The notes under the pieces were generated by a model, which was not told the origin of the DNA, did no database searches, and saw only the letters and a list, made by a program, of their open reading frames with translations. From a virus (lineage: Duplodnaviria; Caudoviricetes): a stretch of DNA of 41,364 nt. The position numbers were made by a program, and so were the translations under genes. Numbering within the stretch: the first letter of the stretch is position 1; every line of letters starts with the position of its first letter. Shown piece by piece: positions 9,301-17,664 of this stretch. The DNA is taken from positions 1 to 41,364 of IMG/VR virus record IMGVR_UViG_3300012931_000036; one strand, given 5' to 3'.

Positions 9301-9563
9301 TTAAGCCTCTACGCGACGTGATTTTTTTTACACCCATTGAACTGCAAGACAAGATCGGTGGCATCTACGTCACCGACACGACCAAGATGGAAAGGAATCA
9401 GCGATTCGTGAAGGCGCGTGTTGTGGCGGCTGGGCCTCAGTGCATCGCTAAGGTTGGCGATATGATTCTCGTAACTGAGTGGGCTGATACTAGCAAGATG
9501 CAGATTGACGGTTTGGAAGTCTGGAATAAACGTGAACGCGACATAGTTGGGATATGCACATGA
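9297..9563 (+). CDS. groES: GroES/Cpn10-like co-chaperonin
   Basis: IKPLRD, GGIY mobile loop, ARVVAAGP, KVGD.ILV and RERDIVG motifs. Confidence 0.88.
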   Translation: MIKPLRDVIFFTPIELQDKIGGIYVTDTTKMERNQRFVKARVVAAGPQCIAKVGDMILVTEWADTSKMQIDGLEVWNKRERDIVGICT

Positions 9564-10039
9564 TTACACAAAAAACACTTAAGGAGTGGGTTAATTATTA
9601 CCCACTGAGCGGTAATTTCTACTGGCTGAAAGGTAAGAATATTCACAAAATGGCCGGAAGCAAGAACTCACAGGGGTACTATAAAATACGCATTTGTGGT
9701 TCGTTAATACCAGCGCATAAACTGGCATGGCTTTATGTCACTGGTAAATGGCCTACAAATGAGATAGATCACAAAGACTGCGATCCATCCAATAATTGTT
9801 TCGATAATCTGAGAGAAGCTACGCACGCAGAAAATTGCAGGAATAGACGCAAGCGAAGCGATCTCACTTCGAGATTTAAGGGTGTATCTTGGAAAAAACG
9901 GAATAAGAAGTGGTGTGCTCAAATTAAGACATCCGGTAAAGTATACCATCTTGGGCTGTTCCATACGGAGGAGCTTGCGCATCAATCCTATCAGTCAAAA
10001 GCGATTCAGTTATTCAAGGAGTTCGCTCGCCTAGTGTGA
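9560..10039 (+). CDS. HNH homing endonuclease with AP2 domain
   Basis: AHKLAWLY, EIDHKD..PSNN..DNLREAT..EN and AP2 FKGVSW...KW.AQI....HLG.F. Confidence 0.92.
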   Translation: MITQKTLKEWVNYYPLSGNFYWLKGKNIHKMAGSKNSQGYYKIRICGSLIPAHKLAWLYVTGKWPTNEIDHKDCDPSNNCFDNLREATHAENCRNRRKRSDLTSRFKGVSWKKRNKKWCAQIKTSGKVYHLGLFHTEELAHQSYQSKAIQLFKEFARLV

Positions 10040-10081
10040 TGTAACCGCAAATACGTTACGCAACTTACGCATTGACAAATC

Positions 10082-10107
10082 CAGAGCCGGACCTCAATCC
10101 GGCTCTG
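10082..10107 (+). promoter_or_regulatory. 10-bp hairpin directly after a TTGACA box (10072-10077)
   Basis: CAGAGCCGGA-cctcaa-TCCGGCTCTG; no long U tract follows. Confidence 0.45.
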
Positions 10108-10134
10108 TTCATTTAACCTCAAAGCACACATATC

Positions 10135-10944
10135 ATGTCACAAACTACCGTCTTTAGTCTTAGCAATCGTTGCGATGGCCTCTCACAAATCACCGGCAGC
10201 AACGGCGCTCCGACCATTCAGCCGACCTATGCCGCCACCGTTACGATCAATCCTGACCTTGGCATCGTTCAGGAAATTCTAGGCGTCAATGCGACCTCGG
10301 CAACCTGTACTGTCTCGGCGGCTGGCGCTGGCAAGCACGGCCAATGCCTCAGGCTGATCCTCGCCGACACGGGCGGCGTTACCTACACGTTTACCGCCAC
10401 GGCTGGCAATTTCGTCAACACTGGCACGGTCAATCCTGGCACCGGCAAAAAGATCATTGTCGATTTCATCAGCGACGGCACTAACTGGCGCGAGGTCACG
10501 CGTACTCGAGTTGCTGGCGCAATTGCCGGTACTGCAACCAATGATTCTGCCGCCGCCGGCCAAGTCGGGGAGTTCGTTCAAACGCTAGTCGCTACTGGCG
10601 CGGCCGTCTCGCTCACTACTGCCACCCCGGCTAATGTCGGCAACGTTTCGCTTACCGCTGGCGATTGGGACGTGGAAGCTGGGCTGAATATCAACTTTGG
10701 ATCGGCCACCACTACGGCCAGTTCTGGCGGCATCAGCGCAACCACTGCAACGCTGCCTACTGATGGCTCTGAGGCTCCGATTGGCGTGCAGATGACCACC
10801 ACGACAGCCATTGTAGGCCGCGCTCTACAGCGTAAGCGCGTGAGCATCGCTACCACCACCACGATTTACCTTGTGGCCTCTGCTACGTTCTCGGCTGGTA
10901 CTGCCGCCGCGTGGGGCTGCATCAACGCCCGCCGCGTCCGCTAA
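10135..10944 (+). CDS. Two-domain Thr/Ala/Gly-rich virion protein (head fibre/decoration candidate)
   Basis: Contains an ...FISDGTNWREV.R module and a GT.TND.AAAG.VGE...SLTAGDWDV module, both resembling phage fibre tips. Confidence 0.7.
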   Translation: MSQTTVFSLSNRCDGLSQITGSNGAPTIQPTYAATVTINPDLGIVQEILGVNATSATCTVSAAGAGKHGQCLRLILADTGGVTYTFTATAGNFVNTGTVNPGTGKKIIVDFISDGTNWREVTRTRVAGAIAGTATNDSAAAGQVGEFVQTLVATGAAVSLTTATPANVGNVSLTAGDWDVEAGLNINFGSATTTASSGGISATTATLPTDGSEAPIGVQMTTTTAIVGRALQRKRVSIATTTTIYLVASATFSAGTAAAWGCINARRVR

Positions 10945-10949
10945 TCAAC

Positions 10950-11132
10950 ATGGATAGCACGTCCAAATTCTTAGATGGAGACGATCTCGTGCTTTATCGA
11001 GACGGCCGAAAAATAGAAGGTGCGTATAAGTTCAGGTTAGCTATTTTCGGCCCATGCGCTGAGTCTCCTGATAGGAGAACGGTATTCGACCTCGATTTAT
11101 TTCAAGGCGAAGTACAAAGGGCTGTCAGCTAA
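10950..11132 (+). CDS. Small hypothetical protein
   Basis: ATG 5 nt after the previous stop; followed by a terminator. Confidence 0.5.
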   Translation: MDSTSKFLDGDDLVLYRDGRKIEGAYKFRLAIFGPCAESPDRRTVFDLDLFQGEVQRAVS

Positions 11133-11168
11133 TTTGGGTTCGGTTCATAATAGGGGTATTATGGGTCT

Positions 11169-11197
11169 GCCTGCATCTTAACCGGTGCAGGCTTTTT
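11169..11197 (+). terminator. Rho-independent terminator
   Basis: GCCTGCA-10 nt-TGCAGGC-TTTTT. Confidence 0.75.
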
Positions 11198-11235
11198 GTT
11201 GGTCAATTCCGGGCAAAGATGTAGGAATACGGTCA

Positions 11236-11950
11236 TAGCTCACCCATCCAAGGATGAGCTACGGTTGAATCAACTCCGTTCAAAGAGAGATGAGGTTTCC
11301 GGTATTGGAGCATGTCGTCGGGTGGTAACTTCATTCTTCCCTAGTGCTCCGGCTCACTGGTGATAGCGTTGTTGAGCGTGTGACTAGCTTCGGTTCTATG
11401 GCTCAGGACTGCCGCCATAGATTGCTCGCATCGTCGGGTCCTAACCGACCGGTACTTGTTATGGATGTTTCTCCACCTATTGCTAGGCCAAGCCTAACCG
11501 TATTTCTACGGAAAGTTGCGTGTCACGCTCAACAACGGCATCACGCAAAGTAATATTAAGCCTAGATGGTGGGCGATGGCATTGTGAGGAGAACAGCGGG
11601 AGTTTGTTTTCAACTCAGCATTTCCCTTGCGGGTCGGTAGCTACGCACTTGTTGCTGTTCAGTTGCGCCCCTCACAATGCCATCGACCTTGCCGCGAGGC
11701 GATCTAGGCACCGTAAATGAAGGCTCTATGGAGTTTATCCACGAAACAGATGTAACGCATAAGAGGGGTTATTTCCTCTATACTCCACAAGTGGGGGACT
11801 TAGATTTCTCTATGGTGCTTTAGTGTTAATCCTTACTAGAGATCATTAACCTGAATGGCAAATAAACTCCATAGAGCCTTCATTATCTGAATCTGTCACC
11901 GGGCTGTTTAGGCTCCGTTCGTTCTGTGTGCTCTATCCTGAGCGTTGGTC
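11236..11950. ncRNA. Putative large structured ncRNA or sRNA array with three long-stem-closed domains
   Basis: Perfect inverted repeats 11367-11380/11524-11537 (14 bp), 11574-11589/11670-11685 (16 bp) and 11716-11738/11862-11884 (23 bp), each enclosing several short hairpins. No convincing ORF; strand unresolved. Confidence 0.65.
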
Positions 11951-11953
11951 CAC

Positions 11954-12034
11954 AAAAAAACCGACGGGATGAGAAGCGTCGGTTTTAAGGCAGAATAACT
12001 CGCCGAATAACCAGCAAGTCTCATCCTGCTGTTG
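11954..12034 (-). promoter_or_regulatory. Two-hairpin attenuator with complementary loops, ending in an intrinsic terminator (copy 1)
   Basis: Minus strand CAGCA-GGATGAGA-CTTGCTG ... AAAACCGACG-CTTCTCATCC-CGTCGGTTTTTTT; homologous to 38540-38617. Confidence 0.75.
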
Positions 12035-12089
12035 AGCGAAACCGTGCCGATCTTAGCGGGCTTTGCAAGAACTATTTTCGGAAATATTC

Positions 12090-12118
12090 TTTACATTACT
12101 GTCAAGTTGTGGTGTCTT
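12090..12118 (+). promoter_or_regulatory. Capsid promoter overlapping the palindromic motif TTTACATTACTGTCAA
   Basis: TTTACA-17 nt-TGTCTT; repeated motif. Confidence 0.55.
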
Positions 12119-12135
12119 GTGGGCGAGGCAGGTTA

Positions 12136-12213
12136 GGACACCCGGCGCAAGCCGATCCGGTAGCCCCCTCAGAATTATTGTTCTGAGTGCCGATCCGCAT
12201 AGCGGACACCCGG
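12136..12213 (+). promoter_or_regulatory. Structured 5' leader of the capsid gene
   Basis: GGACACCCGG twice, GCCGATCCG twice, a GCAA tetraloop and a CTCAGAAT/GTTCTGAG hairpin. Confidence 0.65.
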
Positions 12214-12255
12214 AGTCTCGAACGCTGAACAGTCACGTTTGTTATTCTTACTTCA

Positions 12256-13152
12256 ATGCCTATTCCAAATTTTCCGTCTCAATACGAGACAGCATTCTCG
12301 GATCATTTCTGGGAAATTCAGGCTCAGCAAAAGGATCATCGCCTTGCTGGCCTTTACGAAAGCGACACCATCTCGGGCAACCAGAAACGCTATTCGCAGT
12401 CCGGCTCTTCGACCTATGCCTTCCGCCAGAAAACGGCGCGTGTGCAGAAAACCGAATGGACCGATCTGCCTTTGGCTGATCGTTGGGTCCGTCCGCGTCC
12501 ATACGATCTATCGACCGTCATTGACGAGCAGGACAAAATCGCCCTCGGCTCTCTTGGCGATCCGCAAAGCACGATTGTAAAAAATCACGCTATCGCAGCC
12601 GCCCGTCTCAAGGATCAGATTCTCATCAACGCCGCGCTCGGCACCGCCTACACCGGCACTCAGGGCACTACTGCCACTACCTTCCTTGCTGCCAATCAGG
12701 TTGCGGTGAACCAGGGCGGCGGCGCTAACACCGGCATGACGCTGGCCAAACTCATTCTGGCCTCGTACTACATGGATCGTTACGACGTAGCCGACGATGA
12801 CCGCATTTTGGTTTATGCGTCCAAGCAGCTCAACAACATGCTGACCAACGTGGACCAGGTGAACAACGCCCTCTACAACAGCATTCAGGCGCTCAAGGAC
12901 GGTCGAATCAAAGACTTCATGGGCTTCAAGTTCATCCGTACCGAGCTGCTCCCGGTCGTGTCGAATGTCCGCACCTGTGTCGCCTACCAGAAGAGCTATT
13001 TGCTCCTCGGCCTCGGCGAAGACCAGAAAACGCACATCGACATTCTCCCTGAGAACTCGCACGCCACGCAAGTCCGCACGGTCTTCTTGGCCGATGCCAC
13101 CCGCATGGAGGAAAAGGGTTTCGTTTCCATCGCCTGCGATGAGAGCGTGTGA
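12256..13152 (+). CDS. Major capsid protein (BPP-1-like HK97 fold)
   Basis: 298 aa; AQQK..RL, IDEQDKI, A.AAAR.KD..LI.AA.G, ALKDG.I..FMGFKFI and A.RMEEKG.V.I.CDE; strong codon bias. Confidence 0.9.
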   Translation: MPIPNFPSQYETAFSDHFWEIQAQQKDHRLAGLYESDTISGNQKRYSQSGSSTYAFRQKTARVQKTEWTDLPLADRWVRPRPYDLSTVIDEQDKIALGSLGDPQSTIVKNHAIAAARLKDQILINAALGTAYTGTQGTTATTFLAANQVAVNQGGGANTGMTLAKLILASYYMDRYDVADDDRILVYASKQLNNMLTNVDQVNNALYNSIQALKDGRIKDFMGFKFIRTELLPVVSNVRTCVAYQKSYLLLGLGEDQKTHIDILPENSHATQVRTVFLADATRMEEKGFVSIACDESV

Positions 13153-13197
13153 GTGAATAACTCATAATCAAACACTTAACTAAAAGGACAAACTAAA

Positions 13198-13707
13198 ATG
13201 GCTTCTTATTACACAGACATCGCCGCAAATCAACGCGACGGCCTCAACTTCCTTGGCGGTGGCATCACCACTCAGCCAGGGCAGATGAACGAGCCCTCCG
13301 TCCAGTATGGCACTGCCTCGCGAATCATAGCGGTACATACCATTGCTGGCACGGAAACCTCCGGTGAAACGATCTACATTGCCCGCGTCCCCGCTGGCAC
13401 CTATGTGGACCCGTCTTCGAACGTCACCAACAACGGCGCTGCTACCACAGCCTTCAATTTCACTGTCGGCGACACCGACACGATTGGCGGCACGGTTTCG
13501 GCGGACGTGGATCGTTACAGCGCGAACTTGGAAATCCACACCGCTGTTACTACGACCCCGACGCAGTTCACTGGCGGCGCGATTCTCAATGCGCCCGCTC
13601 GCACGACCGATGATGACGTTTGGATCACTGCCACTCTCGGCACGATCACCACGCCGACCGCTGGCGGCAAAATCGTCTTCCGTCTCAACGTCAGCAACAC
13701 AGTCTAA
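13198..13707 (+). CDS. Post-capsid virion protein (cement/decoration candidate)
   Basis: AAGGA RBS, jelly-roll-like composition (VGD...DRY), lies between the capsid gene and its terminator. Confidence 0.7.
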   Translation: MASYYTDIAANQRDGLNFLGGGITTQPGQMNEPSVQYGTASRIIAVHTIAGTETSGETIYIARVPAGTYVDPSSNVTNNGAATTAFNFTVGDTDTIGGTVSADVDRYSANLEIHTAVTTTPTQFTGGAILNAPARTTDDDVWITATLGTITTPTAGGKIVFRLNVSNTV

Positions 13708-13735
13708 GTTTCGGTAATTAGGTTTCACTCATGGC

Positions 13736-13776
13736 GAGCCGGGATGCGCGTTACCGACGTGCTCCCGGCTCTTTTT
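13736..13776 (+). terminator. Rho-independent terminator after the capsid operon
   Basis: GAGCCGGGA...TCCCGGCTC-TTTTT. Confidence 0.75.
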
Positions 13777-13812
13777 CTTTACATTACAGTAATCTTATAC
13801 TAGCAAAAGCCA

Positions 13813-14625
13813 ATGCCGACACCGCTCAATCAACTGGACATCTGTAACTTATCTCTTTCCAGAATCGGCGCTAAGGCGATTTCTTCACTCAGCGACCTCA
13901 CCAATAAATCCGCAATCGCATGCAATGCGAGCTACACATCGGTACTCACAGAAGTTTCCAGGGCGCATCCTTGGAACTGCCTGATGCGTGCCAGTGTTCT
14001 AAGCTCGACACCGCAGACACCGATAACAGCCACGGCTACGATAAGTTCGACTCCTTGGGCACCACTTACGGCTTATGCGGTTGGTGTTTGGGTAACGCTT
14101 GGCGCTGGGACATATCAATGTCTGATCGCGCACACTAGCACGGCTAATTTTACCATAGATTTGACTATGGGTTACTGGATGCAGGAAAATCCGCTTACAA
14201 CCAATATTACAAGCGGTGCTGAATATGCTTCTGGATGGGCCTATCAATACCCGCTTCCGGCTGATTTCCTGCTTTTGGTCGAACTGAATGAAATGGCAGA
14301 AGGCCCACAAAACGAATTTGAGATTCAAGGACTGAATCTTTACACAGATGCCGATCAGGCGGTAGTGAAGTACACGGCACTTATCGACGATGCCACGCAG
14401 TATGACAGTTTATTCACCAACGCCCTTTCCTTGCGTTTAGCGGCCCCAATTGCTACCGTCTTGAGGCAAGATGGCGGACAGATGGCAGCGGGCTTGAATG
14501 CGCTCTATGAGCGAGCATTGGGCGAAGCGCGCACACAAGATGGGAACGAACGTAAATGGAAGCGATACAATCCAATTCAAGACTCCCTTTTTATCAGTTC
14601 GCGTTGGTGGTCAACTAACGGATGA
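13813..14625 (+). CDS. Tail tubular protein A (T7 gp11-like adaptor) with an inserted CBM5/12-like module
   Basis: DICNLSL.RIG, HPWN, W.YQY.LP.DFL and FD/YD.LF..AL..RLA motifs. Confidence 0.88.
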   Translation: MPTPLNQLDICNLSLSRIGAKAISSLSDLTNKSAIACNASYTSVLTEVSRAHPWNCLMRASVLSSTPQTPITATATISSTPWAPLTAYAVGVWVTLGAGTYQCLIAHTSTANFTIDLTMGYWMQENPLTTNITSGAEYASGWAYQYPLPADFLLLVELNEMAEGPQNEFEIQGLNLYTDADQAVVKYTALIDDATQYDSLFTNALSLRLAAPIATVLRQDGGQMAAGLNALYERALGEARTQDGNERKWKRYNPIQDSLFISSRWWSTNG

Positions 14626-14630
14626 AGAGC

Positions 14631-17249
14631 ATGGCTAAATCACTAGAAAATCAGGTTAGCTTTAGCGGAGGCGAGTGGAGCCCGCAGATGGATGCGCGGA
14701 TTGACCACCCGAAGTACAAGCACGCATGTCGCCGGATGCGGAATATGATTCCGCTAAAAAATGGCGGAGCGACGCGTAGGCCGGGAACTAGGTATATCGG
14801 GCAAACCGGAAGCCCGGCCCGATTTATAAGCTTTCAGTATTCAACGACAACCTCATTTCAGATTTCGTTTTCTAACGAGCAAATCCGGTTTTTCTCTAAT
14901 CGTGTTCCAGTAACATTGGCGTTGGCTGATGTGAGTGCGTGGGTGAGTATGCAGGCGTACACGCCTTACCAGTATGTAAAATCGGTTGGCACCATTTACC
15001 GCTGTCTTCTTTCTGTTACGAGTGCAACTGCTCCAGCGTCAGACCCGACGCACTGGCTAGCCGATCCTACGTATGTTATTTCCAGCCCTTATAGTTCTTA
15101 CGTAAGCGGGGAAGCAAGTTATGATTCGGATGTTTGGACAATTACGCCGTGCCAAATAAACGATGTGGTTTATCTCGCCAGCCCGCGATTTCCGACCTAT
15201 TCGCTTACACGCCTATCAGATATTAGTTGGCAACTCGCACAGGTGGATTTCTTAGTTCCGCCACTGCTTGACCAGAACATCACGAACACAACGATTGCGG
15301 CGAGTGCAACGACAGGATCAGGCATCACGTTGACAGCCTCGGCTCCGGCTTGGGTTACGGCTAAATACTACGTGCCGAGCAACAGCGTTTTGCAGGGCGG
15401 ATTGCTCTATGCGTGTAAAGTCTCTCACACGTCGGGCACGTTTTCCACCGATCTTGCGGCTGGCAAATGGGAGCAGCAATTTCCGTTTCATTCGACGAAT
15501 GCTATTGTAGGTTCAACTTACCAACTTTCTTATCTAAAAAACGCATCCTATGTTACGTATGACATCACGGCCAATGGTTCATCTTCTACGCTGCTGACAC
15601 TTGGCGCATGGGAGGCCAAAACGTTCGGAGTTTGGGTGGGCGACGTCACGGTGCAGCGCTCTTTCGATGGCGGTACGACATGGGATGACGTGCAGGTCGT
15701 GACTTCGCGCGAGGACAATAATGCAGCCATTGCAGGTAATGCTACAAAACTGGCGCTGTATCGCGTGACTGTAAGCAACTACGCCGCTCCGGTCACTCCT
15801 GGCACAGTAACACCGCGCGTTGTGTTCAGCGTGTTGAATGCCTTCGTGCGTGGACTCGTAAAAATTACAGCTTGGGCTACAACCGTGAGCGTAACGGCTG
15901 ACGTACTTTCCGATCTAGATTCTACGAGCGCTACCCGGTATTGGTCCGAAGGCGCATGGTCAGCTGTTCGCGGTTATCCACGTGCAGTTACGACCTATCA
16001 ACAGCGCATGGTTTACGGTGGTTCATCGTATGAACCGCAACGCATTTGGGGCAGTGTAACGAACGATCTTGAAAACTTTGACCGTGGCGACGCTACTAAG
16101 GCGACCGACTCCTATGCCTTCGACTTGGCGGCGATTGGGCGTGGGCCAATTCAATGGCTGATTTCGCAGAGCGATTTGTTTGCAGGATTTAGCGGCGCTG
16201 AATGGATTATTAATTCCGGGAGTACCGGAAGCTCAGCAATAACTCCAACGTCAATCAATGCGGTTGAGCTTTCATCTTGGGGAAGCGCAGCCAATGTGCA
16301 GCCCTACGTTGTCGGAAACGCGGTATTCTACACGCAGCGGCAGGCGCGCACAATCCAGCAGATGCTTTTCAGCGTCTACACTAACAAGTACATGTCATCC
16401 GACATGACTGCGTTGAGCGAGCATCTTTTTACGGATGGAATTGCGCAGATCGCCTATCAGCCACGTTATAACAATCAAGGCATGATTTGGATAATAACAA
16501 AAACGGGTGCGCTACTTTCGATGACGTATAGTTTGGAGCAGGAAGTTTTCGGCTGGGCTCGTCATGATACAGTTTCAGGTATATTTGAAAGCGTGGCAGT
16601 TGTACAGGGCAGTGGTACGGATGATGATGAGGTTTGGGTGATTGTTCGACGCGATCAGCCGTCATCTGATCCTTTGCGCTATGTGGAATTGATTGATCCA
16701 GTATTGACCGACGAGTTTGTATCTTCGTATGTGGATAGTTCGTTTCATCAGACCGGAACGCTCTCTAATGTCATTGGTAGCCTAAGCCACTTAGAGGGGA
16801 AGTCCGTGGTTGGAACGATCAGCGGGAACATTACCTTTGGTCCTCTTACTGTAAGTGGCGGTGCGATCACGATTCCAAATTACACGGCAAATGGAGAGAC
16901 TGTGTGGGTCGGACTACCGATCAGCTACGAGTTGCAACCTATGCGCTTAGACCAAGACGCGCGAATTGGCGGAACTCAAGGGCTTGTTAAAATCATATCA
17001 GATATTTACCTACGCTTGCTTAATTCGTTGGGCGGTAAAATATCTGACGGTGTGGATGAAACACCGATTGAGTACCGCGATCCGCTTGTGCCACTCGGGC
17101 AAGGTCCGGCGCTGTTCACGGGGGAAACCCGCATTCCGCCTTTCAGCGACTATTCAACCGATCCAGTCTATATCATCAAAGGCGAGGACGCTTTGCCGCT
17201 GACAGTTCTTGCAATTATTCTCAAATACGAAATATCTGGCACACCATGA
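14631..17249 (+). CDS. Tail tubular protein B (T7 gp12-like nozzle) with two CBM-like inserts
   Basis: SFSGGEWSP....R.D, N.IP...GGATRRPGT, GYP.AV..YQQR, W.RH.T, L.HLEGK.V and PLTVLAI. Confidence 0.9.
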   Translation: MAKSLENQVSFSGGEWSPQMDARIDHPKYKHACRRMRNMIPLKNGGATRRPGTRYIGQTGSPARFISFQYSTTTSFQISFSNEQIRFFSNRVPVTLALADVSAWVSMQAYTPYQYVKSVGTIYRCLLSVTSATAPASDPTHWLADPTYVISSPYSSYVSGEASYDSDVWTITPCQINDVVYLASPRFPTYSLTRLSDISWQLAQVDFLVPPLLDQNITNTTIAASATTGSGITLTASAPAWVTAKYYVPSNSVLQGGLLYACKVSHTSGTFSTDLAAGKWEQQFPFHSTNAIVGSTYQLSYLKNASYVTYDITANGSSSTLLTLGAWEAKTFGVWVGDVTVQRSFDGGTTWDDVQVVTSREDNNAAIAGNATKLALYRVTVSNYAAPVTPGTVTPRVVFSVLNAFVRGLVKITAWATTVSVTADVLSDLDSTSATRYWSEGAWSAVRGYPRAVTTYQQRMVYGGSSYEPQRIWGSVTNDLENFDRGDATKATDSYAFDLAAIGRGPIQWLISQSDLFAGFSGAEWIINSGSTGSSAITPTSINAVELSSWGSAANVQPYVVGNAVFYTQRQARTIQQMLFSVYTNKYMSSDMTALSEHLFTDGIAQIAYQPRYNNQGMIWIITKTGALLSMTYSLEQEVFGWARHDTVSGIFESVAVVQGSGTDDDEVWVIVRRDQPSSDPLRYVELIDPVLTDEFVSSYVDSSFHQTGTLSNVIGSLSHLEGKSVVGTISGNITFGPLTVSGGAITIPNYTANGETVWVGLPISYELQPMRLDQDARIGGTQGLVKIISDIYLRLLNSLGGKISDGVDETPIEYRDPLVPLGQGPALFTGETRIPPFSDYSTDPVYIIKGEDALPLTVLAIILKYEISGTP

Positions 17250-17662
17250 TTACAGTAAGAAAAGCTGATTTAGAGCAGTTTTTTCCGACGCTTGAGAAGT
17301 GGCTCAAGCGGCACAACAGCGCGGAAGTTCCGAAGGCTATCATTGATGAAATCTACGTGGCGGAGTCCGGCGGCGTCGAGATTGCCAGCCTTTGCCTTTA
17401 CGTTTGCCGCAATGGGCGAATCGCTGTTGCTGAATGGCTCGTGAGTAATCCTATGGTCTGCCACTCGCGCGATTTGGTGCAGGCAGTTCACGCGCTTTAC
17501 GCGCATGTTGAAAACGAGGCGCGGGCGGCTGGTTGCACGGCAATGATCGGCTGGGTTGAACCGGGCAAGGGCGAAGAGCATATTGTTTTAAAACGAGGCT
17601 TCAAAACCTCAGATCAGGGGGCGCACAAGTTGTACGCCAAACCACTTTACGGAGAAATCTAA
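17246..17662 (+). CDS. GNAT-fold protein (T7 gp13-like position)
   Basis: Synteny after the nozzle gene; ITVR start, AR.AGC and KRGF motifs. Confidence 0.6.
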   Translation: MITVRKADLEQFFPTLEKWLKRHNSAEVPKAIIDEIYVAESGGVEIASLCLYVCRNGRIAVAEWLVSNPMVCHSRDLVQAVHALYAHVENEARAAGCTAMIGWVEPGKGEEHIVLKRGFKTSDQGAHKLYAKPLYGEI

Positions 17663-17664
17663 CT

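Noticed and set aside
11344-11720. Short ORFs 11344-11553 and 11520-11720
   Set aside because: GTG starts, no recognisable motifs, and they run through long perfect inverted repeats; a structural explanation fits better
11360-11884. tRNA genes, a functional retron or a group I intron
   Set aside because: No T-loop GTTCRA cloverleaf, no long msd hairpin or RT gene, no interrupted host gene, and no recognisable intron core
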